Shown piece by piece: positions 11,106 to 23,183 of a stretch of 64,000 nt of DNA. Every line of letters begins with the position of its first letter. The stretch's first letter is position 1. A program made the position numbers and the translations under genes. Origin of the DNA: Heteronotia binoei (Eukaryota); the NCBI RefSeq assembly GCF_032191835.1, contig NC_083223.1, forward strand, positions 220,906,001 through 220,970,000, read 5' to 3'. The notes beneath the pieces were generated by a model. That model was not told the DNA's origin, made no database searches, and was given only the letters and a program-made list of their open reading frames with translations.

Positions 11106-13116
11106 CAACTGTCTTCCATACCACAATAAAAAGCTAGCTAAAAAGGCCTGGGAGAAATTAATCCATGTTTGATGACCTTCAAGGTGCACACTGAAGAACT
11201 ACAAGCACACATGCAAAATACTGGACTTCTAAATTTGAATGCGGTGCCAAACTAAATGAGTAGGAGGATTGATATAATCTTTATTTAGGCACCTGAGAAA
11301 TGTAATCAGATTGCTAATGAATTCTCTCTCTCATTGCCTGTTTATTGCAACTGCTTCACTTGTATCGTTTGGGGAAGCTTTTAAAAAATATATATATTTA
11401 TACTCCATCTTTCTATCAAAGAGCCCAGAGGCAGTTTCCAAAATAATCAAATAATAATGCATTTAAATGACAAAAAACCATTTTAAAAGCAACCGTACAG
11501 CCAAAATGAAATTGCCAGGGAATGTACAATATAGCCGTCAGCTTGTACTTCCCCAAAGCTATTTTAAATAGCCAAGTCTTCCTCGCTCATCAAAAGATTA
11601 ACAGTAATGGGGGCTCAGGAGGCCTCTTTAATGAGGATGTTTCACAGCTGAGACACCATGACTGGAAAATCCCTCTCTTGCATACTTGCCCATCTTATTT
11701 AAGATGGGGGGTGGGTGGCAGAGTAGGGCCTGTGATGGTGAACTGAGTATGTACATATGGAGTATGTTGTTAATCCTAGAATTAGGCTCTGGTGGGATTA
11801 AAGGGAAAAAGAAGACATACTAGTGTGATCCTGAAGAGAAAAGATGGGCAAGAGTCCAGTCTGGGGTCAGGTGATTAAAAGCAGGTCTGAGAATGACGTT
11901 CCAGCCCAAGAGTGAAGGGCTAAAAACTGAATGAATTGTAAGGTTGAGGAAGCGGGTTTGGGCTCAGAAACCAACTACAGGGTGCCTGGAAGGTGATTTT
12001 TGTACTCCATTGAGTATATCAACAGAGTAGCAATGGTTTCACGGGGACCTTCAAGGTGCACGATTGGATTTAGGGTAGAAGCTTGAAATCTTGGAGAACT
12101 TGAAAATAACTGCTGTATTGTGAATAAACAGCTGTATTGGTGCTGTCCTACATCCTTCAACATTTCCCTGATAACAGTGGGGATAGACTTATGTACTTAT
12201 TTTATTTTCAAAATTTATACCCTGCTTTTCTGTCCTCATTAGGACCACCAAGGCAGCCACCAGATTTAAAATGTACTGATGACACCTCTGTTTTCACACT
12301 AAGGACTGCTGACTGAGCTCCCCATCCTCCATTGCAGATTGGTTTGCTGATGGCACTGTATTTGCCAGTTGCACTGTTTTCTGCGGAATAGCCTGACTTT
12401 TACTGGTTTTAAAAAGTTAACAGTAATATAACATTAACCAGCACCCCCAAACACATTTTAGAATATTTTATCTAGCAATAGATCTGGTTGTGCTCATTAC
12501 AGCATTACATCAACAACAGTAATGTTTACTATCTAAATAGATAACAGCAGCAAGGAAAGCAGTGTACTGGCATGTAATGTTTAGGCAGTCAAGAAGGCAT
12601 TCTAAGAACCCTGGTGGACCCAACTAAAGACCCATCTATTTCAGCAACCTGTTTTCTGTCTGTCCCTCTCCATACCTCCCTGCCATGTTCTTGCCATTAG
12701 ATGAAGGCTGCCTCTGAGCATGGTTGATTCCACCAGGATGGACACAATCCAGGTCTGGTTATTAAAACTACATAAGGTGTTTGTTCTGTTGGCTACATTA
12801 GAAGAAACAAACTTCTCCTGTGGTGTCTTCCATAACAATTCAAAGTTAACCTGACCACAAAAAACAGCAGGCTATGTGCAGCCTTGGTGTTCATGCACTA
12901 ACACATGTACCCTGCAGTCAAGACAGATTGAACCCATTCAGAGATCACATTTCTCAGTATTTCAGAAATGGACTGAAACATGAACATGCACTATCTCTAG
13001 TGCAAAGTAGGTTTTTTCAGTGTATGTGTCTGCCTGTTAACTTTTTAAAGACATCCTTCAAATCTCCATACTGGGTTGAACAGGGGCAAAACAGGCAGTG
13101 ATTTAATAGGGACAGG

Positions 13117-14953
13117 TGTCAGGCAATGGAGACTCAAGGCAGTATTCATTTAAACAATGTATACTTTATTGGAAACTCATAGCTGGAAACAAAAGTTGAG
13201 ACTTAATACCTGGGAATGGGTGTCTCTTAGTCTTATAATAATAATAATAATACTTTTTATTTGTATCCCGCCCTCCCCGCACAAGCAGGCTCAGGGCGGC
13301 TCACAACATATAAATGCAATACAATACAATAAAATCATACATAGCAATAAAATCATCTTAAATCAATATACAGTTACATTAAAATTAACATTAAGGTGCT
13401 AAATAGATCTTAAGTTCAGTGGAAGAAAAAAACATACACAGCGACATTATCTTAGCTCGGTATGGGCGAAGGCTATTTTGAACAGGTATGTCTTACAGGC
13501 CCTGCGAAATTGGTCTAAACATCGCAGGGCCCATACCTCCTCCGGGAGTTGATTCCACAGTAGTGGGGCCGCAATGGAGAAGGTCCGATCTCGGGTGGTC
13601 TTTAATCTGGCCTCCCTTGGCCCAGGGATGTTCAGCTGGTGCTTACCAGCTGACCTCAGTGCTCTCTGGGGCTCATATGGGGAGAGACGGTCCCTCAGGT
13701 AGGCAGGCCCTCGGCCATATAGGGCTTTAAAGGTCATGACCAGCACCTTGTAACGAACTCGGTAGACCACTGGCAGCCAGTGCAGTTCGCGCAGCCCTGG
13801 CCACATGTGCTCCCATCTTGGGAGCCCCAATAGCAGCCTAGCCGCCGCGTTCTGCACCAGCTGCAACCGCCGAGTTCGGCACAGAGGCAGCCCCATGTAG
13901 AGGGCGTTGCAGTAATCCAGTCTCGAGGTGACCGTAGCATGAATCACTGTTGCCAGGTCCCGGCGCTCCAGGAAGGGGGCCAGCTGCTTTGCCCGCCGAA
14001 GATGAAAAAACGTGGACTTGGCAGTGGCTGCTATCTGTGCCTCCATTGATAATGAAGGCTCCAGAAGAACCCCCAAGCTCCTGACCCAGTGGGCCGCTTT
14101 CAGCGGCACACCGTCAAGAGCTGGCAAGGGAATTTCCCTTCCCAGGGCACCGCGACCCAAGCAAAGAACCTCCATCTTCGCCGGATTCAACTTCAGCCCA
14201 CTCAGTCTGAGCCAGCCAGCCACGGCCTGCAATACAAGGTCCAGGTTTTCTGGGACGCAGTCAGGTCGGCCATCCATTAGTAGATAGAGCTGGGTGTCAT
14301 CTGCATATTGATGGCACCCAAGCCCAAACCTCCGAGCAATCTGGGCAAGGGGGCGCATGTAGATGTTAAACAACATCGGAGAGAGGACTGCCCCTTGTGG
14401 CACTCCACACACTAGTGGGTGCCTCCGGGACAGCTCTCCCCCAATTGCCACCCTTTGGGGGAGAGCTCTCCCCCAATTGCCACCCATTGTCCCCGACCAT
14501 CAAGGAAGGAGGAGAGCCACTGTAAGGCCGACCCCCTAATCCCTGCGTCGGCGAGCCGGCGGGTCAGTAACCGATGGTCAACCGTGTCGAACGCAGCCAA
14601 CAGGTCTAACAACATCAGCACCGCCACGCCGCCTCGATCCAGATGGAATCTACATCAAAGCGATATCTAAACAAAGACACTATTCTCAAAACAAAAGGGA
14701 GTGAAGGTGCAAACTTTCACACGAGAGCTTCTGCTTATCTTTTTGCCTCTGGGAAGATGCAGACCAGTGGTGGAATCTATTAACGGTCACATTCCTTTGC
14801 TCCCTTTACAACCTAAACAAAGTTAACACTTCAAAAGTCTCCTCTTTGATATGCAAGCTATCTACCATATAACAAAAGGCTTTGGGTTAGTATGGAGAGT
14901 CCATTTGGTTAGTATTTTATAATTTCAGTATGATAGAGTTACAGAGCTTGACA
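13117..14953 (-). repeat. Gypsy 3' LTR (13117-13236 plus 14643-14953), split by an L2 insertion
   Basis: Joined halves align to 23184-23611 with about 12 substitutions and 1 indel (counted by eye). Confidence 0.95.
13237..14642 (-). mobile_element. L2-clade LINE, 5'-truncated, nested in the Gypsy 3' LTR
   Basis: ORF 13447-14487 with PQGAVLSP, HQYADD and SRLDYCN; upstream LLDLLAAFDTVDH (14412-14627); (TAA)n tail at about 13235. Confidence 0.95.
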
Positions 14954-14966
14954 TACTGCCCCCCCT
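14954..14966 (-). promoter_or_regulatory. Polypurine tract of the Gypsy element
   Basis: Minus strand AGGGGGGGCAGTA lies immediately before the TGTCA start of the 3' LTR. Confidence 0.85.
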
Positions 14967-14970
14967 AAGC

Positions 14971-17900
14971 TCATGCTCGGGGTTTGTCTGGGTGCAGTAG
15001 GTAAAATCTTTTTAGAAGTAGAGGTGCCCTTAGATCGGTTGATTTAACCCACTCATCGCACGAGGGGGGGGGGGGAATATTTCCATCATATTAAAAAGTG
15101 TAATGTTCCCCTCTTGAGCTTGGCATCCAGTATTTCCTGCACTTCATGATGACTCTGACCCCTCACTTGAATAGGGGTGGGCGTCATAGGGCGTGGATGC
15201 CAAGACGTAGCTCCAGGATCTTTTTACAGAAGACTGCAATGGAAAACAGGTTGAATTTTACTAAACATCTTAGGCAGTTCTAATTCAACAGTCACTGCAT
15301 TTATTACTCTTTTTATTTTGAAAGGTCCTAAATATTTGTATGCTAGTTTTCTGGATGGTTGTGGTAAACGTAGGTTTTTAGTTGAGATAAATACTGTATC
15401 CCCCACTTTGAAGTCCCATTCGGGTGAATGCTTTTTGTCGAATTGTGCCTTGTAATCTCTTTTGGCTGCTTCCAGGTTTTCTTGGATCACCTCCCACCTT
15501 TTGGTTAGGGATTCCCACCACTGACGGCATGATGTGGGGGAACTGGGGGGTTCGGTAGTCGGTAGGTTGGGGAAGGGTTTCCCTTCATATCCATTCACAA
15601 TTTGAAAGGGGGTGGTTTTTGTTGAACCATGTAGGCTATTGTTGTAGCCATATTCTGCAAACGGCAATAGCTCCACCTAATTGTCTTGTTGGTAGTTAAT
15701 AAAGCATCTTAAATACTGCTTGAGAAGAAAGTTCACACGTTCCGTCTGTCCGTCCGTTTGCGGGTGGTAGGCGGAACTTAATCCCTGCTCAATTCCTGTT
15801 AATTTACAAAACTCCCGCCAGAAGTTGGCAACGAACTGCGGGCCATGGTCGCTAATGACCTTGTCCGGGAATGAGTGTAGTTTCACAATGTGTTGGAAAA
15901 ATAGGCGCGCCAGTTTTTTAGCGGTTGGGAGTTGTTTGCAAGGGATGAAGTGGGCTTGTTTTGAAAACGTGTCCACCACTACTAGAATGACTGTCCGTCC
16001 CTGTGATACTGGCAGCTCGACTATAAAGTCCATAGAGACTACTGACCACGGACGGTCTGCTTTGGGGGTTGGCCGAAGTAAACCTGGAGTTCCCCCCCCC
16101 TCCTCTTGATCATTATGCAAGTTGGACAAGACGCTACAAATTCTGAAATGTCCTTTTTCATTTGGGGCCACCAAAATTGTCTGCTTACTAGGTGTAAGGT
16201 TTTCACATAGCCGAAATGCCCCGCTAATTTACTGATATGGCAGTGTTATAGTACTTCCTGGTGGAGGGCTTTGGGGACATACAATTTCCCTTCATGATAC
16301 CAAAATCCTCCTTCCCTTTTTATTAGCCCTTCCGGTCATTCCTCCCCTTCTCGTTCTGTTTATTCCCTCCCCATGGTTCTGGTTTCCCGGTCTTTTTCCC
16401 TGACCGAGTGGTCACGCCTCCGGCTATAATGGAGGGCAGGATGAGAGAGTCTATGGTCTCCTCCCTCTGGCTTTCAAGCTGTGGCAATTGAGAGAGGGCG
16501 TCAGCGAAAAAGTTCTTCGAGCCTGGGATGTGTCGTAATGTGAAATCAAATTTAGCTAAGAACCCCGCCCACCTGATTTGTTTGGCGGTTAATTTTTGGC
16601 GCGCAGTGAGTGCCTCTAAGTTTTTCTGATCTGTCCATATTTCAAATGGTACCCTGGCCCCTTCCAACCCCGACCACCATGTCTTTAGGGCAAATGTTAC
16701 TGCAAAGGCTTCTTTGTCCCAAACTGACCAATTACGTTGTTCATTGGAGAATTTCTTGGATATATATGCACAAGGTTTTAATCTGCCCTCTTGATCTTTT
16801 TGCATCAATATTGCTCCGACGGCTACATCGGAGGCGTCACATTGCACCAAGAAAGGTTTCAATTCATTTGGGTGCGCTAAAATCGGTTCGCTAGTAAACA
16901 GTCTTTTGAGCTTCTCAAACGCCTTCTGGCACTCGGGGGACCAGGCTAGCTTCAAACTTGGTTTTTTCGCCTTGGGTCCCCGCCCCTTGGTTTTTAATAA
17001 GTCTGTTAGTGGCAGCATCACTTTGGCGAACCCTTCTATGAACCCACGGTAAAAATTTGCGAATCCGATGAAAGATTGGAGCTGTCTACGTGTTCTCGGG
17101 GGTTCCCAGTCCAACACTGCTTGGATTTTCACTGGGTCCATGGCTAAGCCCTTCCCCGATACTCTGAAACCCAAGTAATCTAGTTCCTTTTGGTGAAACT
17201 CACATTTTGACAGCTTAGCATAAAGTTTGTGTTCTAGTAGGGTGTTGAGCACTTTCCTCACCAACTTTATGTGGGAGGGTAGATCTTTTGAATAGATAAT
17301 GATGTCATCCAGGTACACCACCACCCCTTTGTACAGGTACTCTCTCAATACTTCATTGATGAAATTCATAAACACTCCCGGGGCCCCCTGTAACCCAAAT
17401 GGCATCACTAGATACTCGAATTGGCCCAAGGGGATGTTGAACGCTGTCTTCCACTCGTCTCCTTCTTTAATTCTGACTCGGAAGTAAGCGTCCCTCAGGT
17501 CTAATTGGTAAAGATGCACCCCTCTGATACCGTGCTTAATAAGTCTTTGATCAGTGGGATGGGGTAGGCGTTTGACATGGATATGGCATTTATCCCACGA
17601 AAATCTGTGCAAAGTCTAAGCCCCCCATCCTTCTTCTTTCGGAATAACACCGGGGCTGCGTGGGGTGCCGTGGCAGGTCGGATGAACCGCTGTTTTAAGT
17701 TTTTGTCCAGAAACTTTCTCAGTTCCGCCTTCTCCGCCCATCCCATTGAATATAGTTTTGCTTTGGGTAATTCCTGCCCCGGTATGAGTTCGATAGCACA
17801 GTCTGTGCTTCTGTGGGGGGGGGGGAGTTTGTCCGCCTCTTTCTCGCTAAACACTTTACGTAAGTCCTGATACTCTTGTGGGATGGACCGCACCTCCTCT

Positions 17901-18430
17901 ATGGTTAAACATAGTCTCTCGTTTTGGTGAGAAGGCGAGGGGGCCCATTTTACCAACCAGTGGTGATGGGTGCATTTTTTGCTGTCAAAGTCTATGGTTT
18001 GCTCGGCCCACTGGATATTGGGTTGATGTTTTGCTAGCCAACCCACCCCCACTACCATGTCGAAGGACGAGGAGGGGGCAATTACAAACACTTCCATGTC
18101 CCAGTGTTCGTTAATTCCTACTGGGGAAAATTGGGTTTCTTCTACGCACGGTTCCCCCTTCATTACTGTCCCATCCATCTGTTCGAATTGTAGCAGGTGG
18201 GGTGGGAGCATTCTGGCCAACCCTAGCGCTTCGACTAACCTCGGGGTGATAATCTCTCTAGTACACCCTGAGTCAATTAGTGCTCGGGTGTGCATGAAAC
18301 GTTTGAAGTTGGGGTTTAGCAAAGTCAAAGGGACTAAGAACAGTTCTCCGGATATTCTCACCCGCAGTGGTGCCGGTGTGGCTTCGACCTGCCTTTCGGC
18401 ACCGCTCAGAGCAGGTTGTGCTCGTTTCCC
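14971..18430 (-). pseudogene. pol: Gypsy pol: protease, RT, RNase H, integrase and chromodomain; disrupted by frameshifts and stops
   Basis: ALIDSG (17501-18361); LDLRDAY, YLVMPFGL, YLDDIII and QCDASD (16323-17612); SMDFIVELP and SAYHPQTDGQTERVN (15677-16174); YLGPF (15224-15676); EVQEILDAKLKRG...WK...DEWV chromodomain at about 14975-15165. Confidence 0.96.
18369..18430 (-). promoter_or_regulatory. Predicted -1 ribosomal frameshift signal: GGGAAAC plus H-type pseudoknot
   Basis: Slippery heptamer 18430-18424; 7-nt spacer; S1 ACCUGCU/GGCAGGU; S2 GGUGCCG/CGGCACC. The -1 frame runs into the protease ORF. Confidence 0.8.
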
Positions 18431-19069
18431 GATGGCTCCGCCTCATCTCTGGACTCATTCCCCATGGTAAAATCCTCGTCAAGCACCACCGATAGTGCGG
18501 TGTTGCCCTGACTGGGCTCCTTGGTCTTACAGATGTCTTCTTCCCTTTGGGTCCCGTCGCCTTCGGTGCAGAGGGTTTCTCAGGGCATTCTCCGACTAGG
18601 TGCCCCGGGTCGCCACATTGATAGCATCTGCGGGTGGCGGACCCCTTTGCGGAGCTACTCGGAGGTGTGGGTTTCTTGGACTCAGTCTTTGCCCCTGACC
18701 GAGCCTCACACCCCCCTCTGTTCCCTTCCCGTTGCCTCTGTAGAGCCACCCGATCCATGTTGGTTTCCACTTCGCCTGCTAGTTGTACCCACCCCACTAG
18801 TATGGTTGGTTGTGCCTGGTGGAGGGCCTGATCCAGGAGAGCAAATTTGAGGCCGCTCTGGTAGGCTTCGATCTTCATCACTTTGTTCCACCCTCTCACT
18901 CAGGCACAGTGAGTTTGAAATTCCGTTGTGTACTCCCTCACCGAGCGGGTCCCTTGCTTCAGGTCATAAGAACATAAGAAGCCATGTTGGATCAGGCCAA
19001 CGGCCCATCAAGTCCAACACTCTGTGTCACACAGTGGCAAAAAATTTTATATACACACATACACTGTGG

Positions 19070-21110
19070 CTAATAGCCACTGATGGACCTGTGCTCCATA
19101 TATTTATCTAAACCCTTCTTGAAGGTGGCTATACTTGTGGCCGCCACCACCTCCTGTGGCAGTGAATTCCACATGTTAATCACCCTTTGGGTGAACAAGT
19201 ACTTCCTTTTATCCATTTTAACCTGTCTGCTCAGCAATTTCATCGAATGCCCACGAGTTCTTGTATTGTGAGAAAGGGAGAAAAGTACTTCTTTCTCTAC
19301 TTTCTCCATCCCATGCATTATCTTGTAAACCTCTATCATGTCACCCCACAGTTGACGTTTCTCCAAGCTAAAGAGTCCCAAACGTTTCAACCTTTCTTCA
19401 TAGGGAAAGTGCTCCAGCCCTTTAATCATTCTAGTTGCCCTTCTCTGGACTTTCTCCAATGCTATAATATCCTTTTTGAGGTGCGGCGACCAGAACTGCA
19501 CACAGTACTCCAAATGAGACCGCACCATCGATTTATACAGGGGCATTATGATACTGGCTGATTTGTTTTCAGTTCCCTTCCTAATAATTCCCAGCATGGC
19601 GTTGGCCTTTTTTATTGCAAACGCACACTGTCTTGACATTTTCAGTGAGTTATCTACCACGACCCCAAGATCTCTCTCTTGGTCAGTCTCTGCCAGTTCA
19701 CACCCCATCAACTTGTATTTGTAGCTGGGATTCTTGGCCCCAATGTGCATTACTTTGCACTTGGCCACATTGAACCGCATCTGCCACGTTGACGCCCACT
19801 CACCCAGCCTCAACAGATCCCTTTGGAGTTCCTCACAATCCTCTCTGGTTCTCGCCACCCTGAACAATTTAGTGTCCTCCGCACACTTGGCCACTTCACT
19901 GCTCACTCCCAACTCTAAATCATTTATGAACAAGTTAAAGAGCATGGGACCCAGTATCGAGCCCTGCGGCACCCCACTGCTTACCGTCCTCCACTGCGAA
20001 GACTGCCCATTTATACTCACTCTCTGCTTCCTATTACTAAGCCAGTTTTTGATCCACAAGAGGACCTGTCCTTTTACTCCATGACTCTCAAGCTTTCTAA
20101 GGAGCCTTTGATGAGGAACTTTATCAAAAGCTTTCTGGAAGTCAAGGTAAACAACATCTATTGGGTCTCCTTTGTCCACATGTTTGTTCACCCCCTCAAA
20201 GAAATGTAACAGGTTAGTGAGGCAAGATCTTCCCTTGCAGAACCCATGCTGAGTCTTCCTCAATAACCTGTGTTCATCAATGTGCCTACTCATTCTGTCC
20301 TTGATAATGGTTTCTACCAACTTTCCCGGTATTGAAGTCAGACTGACTGGCCTGTAATTTCCCGGGTCTCCTCTGGAATCTTTTTTAAAGATGGGGGTGA
20401 CATTTGCTACCTTCCAGTCCTCAGGAACGGAGGCAGATTTCAATGAAAATTACAGATTTTTGTTAGAAGATCCACAAGTTCAGCTTTGAGTTCTTTCAGA
20501 ACTCTCGGATATATGCCATCCGGACCCGGTGACTTATTAGTTTTTAATTTGTCTATCAGTTGTAGGACCTCCTCTTTTGTCACCTCAATCTGACTCAGGT
20601 CTTTCAATACCCCTTCCAAAATTAGTGGTTCTGGGGCGGGCAAAATGTTCTCATCTTCCACAGTGAAGACGGAGGCAAAAAATTCATTTAGCTTCTCAGC
20701 CATTTCCCTATCCTCCTTCAGTAATCCTTTTACCCCATGGTCATCCAAGGGCCGCACTGCCTCCCTGGCTTGTTTCCTACTTCTAATATATTTGAAGAAA
20801 GTTTTATTGTTGATCTTTATGTTTTTTGCAATATGCTCCTCATAGTCCCTTTTTGCCTGCCTGATCACAGTCTTGCATTTGATTTGCAACAGCCTGTGTT
20901 CCCTTTTACTAATCTCACTTGGACTGGTTTTCCACCGCTTAAAGGAGTCCTTCTTACCTTTTACAGCTTCCATTACTTTGTTTGTTAACCACGCAGGCCT
21001 TTTCTTATGCCTGTTTGTGCCTTTCCTAACTTGTGGTATGTATTTTATCTGAGCTTCTAGGATTATAGTTTTAAATAGCATCCAAGCTTCCCCAAGGGTT
21101 TTGACCGTAT
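19070..21110 (-). pseudogene. CR1 ORF2 (linker plus reverse transcriptase), endonuclease deleted, 1-nt frameshift at about 20440
   Basis: NYRPVSLTS, QHGFCKGRSC, YLDFQKAFDKV, GVPQGSILGP and CAEDTKLF (degenerate FADD). Linker ORF 20440-21081 with KSPGPDGI. Confidence 0.93.
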
Positions 21111-21256
21111 GTTGTTTGTCATCTTCACAGTGGACAACTCTGGTCCGTTACCCGGTAGAAAAATAGCAGCTAACCCTTCATCTCTTTGAGACGAGTCCTC
21201 CCGAACCAGAGACATTTCATCTCCTGTCGGCTTTCCCCCAAGATTTAGTTTAAAAA

Positions 21257-22152
21257 CTACTCTGCCACCTTTTTGATTTTAAGCGCCAGCAGCCTGGTTC
21301 CATCCGGGGACAAGTGGAGACCATCTCTTTTGTACAGCTCCCGCTTGTTCCAGAAAGCATCCCAGTGCCTAACAAACTTAAACCCTTCCTCCTTACACCA
21401 TCGTCTCATCCACACATTGAGACTTCTAATTTGTGCCTGTCTCTCCTGCCCTGCACGTGGAACAGGTAGCACTTCTGAGAAGGCTACCTTGGAGGTCCTG
21501 GCCTTAAGTCTCCCATTTAGCAGCCTAAATTTTTCCTCCAGGACCTCACGACTGCATTTCCCCACATCGTTGGTGCCAACATGCACCACGACCACAGGCT
21601 CCTCCCCAGCACTGTCTATCAGTCTATCTACTACACGTGTAATGTCCGCTACCTTCGCACCAGGCAGGCAAGTCACCATACGGTCAGTACGCGGTTTCGC
21701 CACCCAGCTGTCTACTTGCCTAAGGATCGAATCACCAACTACCAAAATCCCCCCTCTCCCCCTGCTCAGGGATGGTTCCTTGGTGCGAAAGGATACCCGC
21801 TCACCAACCGAAGAAGAGGTCCCTTCTAAGGGCGCATTCCCCTTGTCCTCAGCCCGGTGCCCTGTTCCCTCTCGACCCTCACGCTCTCTGGCAGCAACGG
21901 GGCTGCTACGTTCGGAGCAGGGCTCATCTAATACCCCCCCGAGAGTCTTCCCCAAGTGCCTAACTGACCGTCTCTGCTTCTCCAGGGCAATCACCTCGGC
22001 CTCAAGGGTACGAACTCGTTCCCTGAGGACCAGGAGCTCCTTGCATCGAGCACACACCCAAGACTTCTGTCCTTTGGGCAGATAGTCATACATGTGACAC
22101 TCAGTGCAAAACACTGGAAAGCCCCCAACCCCCTGCTGGCATTCTATCTTCA

Positions 22153-22153
<1 letters not shown>
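21257..22153 (-). CDS. CR1 ORF1p: Cys-rich zinc finger, coiled coil and SGNH/GDSL-type esterase domain; open frame of 298 aa
   Basis: CTEC...CARC; [17 protein letters not shown]; VVGDS, HVGTND and DGLHL esterase blocks. Confidence 0.9.

Positions 22154-22154
<1 letters not shown>

Positions 22155-22232
<78 letters not shown>
22155..22232. repeat. (AT)39 microsatellite
   Basis: Uninterrupted AT run directly upstream of the CR1 ORF1 ATG. Confidence 0.97.
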
Positions 22233-22239
<7 letters not shown>

Positions 22240-23183
22240 TACAGTCCTCTTTAAAGGTCTTTCTGCGCGTTGAGTGCCCGAGCCTCTCGGATCCTCATAC
22301 CGGCGTAGCATGGCTTGCAGGAAAGCGTGCACACTCACCAGTTTCGGGCCTCTTGATTCGTATAGGCTCACGTACCATCTCCGGGCTGCTCCCATGAGTT
22401 TTGATCCCAGGTAGTCCACTCGGCTTGGTTCATCTGGGAAGGAGTTCCCCCAGTAGTGCATGTAACTGATCGCCTGGATGGTGAAGTATTCTACTTCTTC
22501 TTGGTCCCCGTCGAACTTGAGATCGAGTTCACGGGGTTTTCCTGGTTCTCGAGGTGCTTGACCTCCGGGCGGAGGCGCCGGGAGTGCGGGGGCTCCTCCA
22601 CTGCTGCCTCCGCCTGGGTTCGCTGGTGGAGGGGACGCGGGTGGTCCCGATCCTTGAGGTTGCCGGCGCTCCATCTCCAATAGGGATTGCATTCGGTCGA
22701 TCTACCTCCCCACTTCCTGGGCTATTGCCTGGGTGTTGCTCTGGATCTCACTTCGGAGGTCGCTTACCAGCCCTTTCATCTGGGTTTTCACTTTTCCCAA
22801 GATTTTCTCCTCCAAGCGGGCGGCTTCATCCTCTTTCCCCAGGCCCCCGGCTCCTTCATCCTCATCATCCGAATCGGGTAGGCTCATGCGAGACGCGTCT
22901 ACTTCTTCTCCTGGCTCTCTCGTCGCTGGCCGGGTGAGGAGGGTCTCGTGCCGGGCCGGGGCTGCATCCATCAGGGCAGTGGAGGTCCTTGGCTTCCACT
23001 GCTGTGGGATGATGAATAGGGTTTGGATGTAGGAAGGGGATTCGATTCCCATGGCGTGCCTATGTCCAAGGACGTGCCACGGGGGAGTTTTTGGTTCCCC
23101 TGGAGGTTCTCCATTATCCGGAACTTTTTCAACCATTCGACTTCAAAGTGGCCTGTTCAGATAAACCTCTTTTAGTCTCAAAA

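Larger units (their letters stand above)
18966..22241 (-). mobile_element. CR1 LINE with ORF1 and RT but lacking the endonuclease domain, nested in Gypsy gag
   Basis: 3' (ttcttatg)n-type tail at 18966; RT ORF; esterase ORF1; no APE-like sequence between ORF1 and the ORF2 linker. Confidence 0.95.
18406..23136 (-). pseudogene. gag: Gypsy gag, interrupted by a CR1 insertion at 18966-22241
   Basis: N-terminal part 23136-22245 (in-frame stop at 22702-22704) with capsid-like KFDGD...WYVSL. It resumes at LKQGTRSVREY and has the zinc knuckle CYQCGDPGHLVGEC (18273-18899). Confidence 0.9.

Noticed and set aside
11174-12061. 16-bp direct repeat gaccttcaaggtgcac (11174-11189, 12046-12061)
   Set aside because: The copies do not frame a recognisable element and two short copies could be chance; the nuclear-receptor-like reading is unsupported.
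12676-12850. Minus-strand 175-nt exon candidate (VNFELLWKTPQ...)
   Set aside because: It has plausible splice sites, but I do not recognise the protein. It is not phase-compatible with the next candidate near 12165, and it opposes the plus-strand evidence.
14432-14485. 22-bp duplication inside the nested L2
   Set aside because: It is a local post-insertion slippage that only frameshifts a dead copy.
21273-22085. 270-aa plus-strand ORF
   Set aside because: It is the antisense shadow of CR1 ORF1, with no independent motif.
22104-22397. ORFs with long IYIY/YIYI tracts
   Set aside because: They are a translation artefact of the (AT)39 microsatellite.
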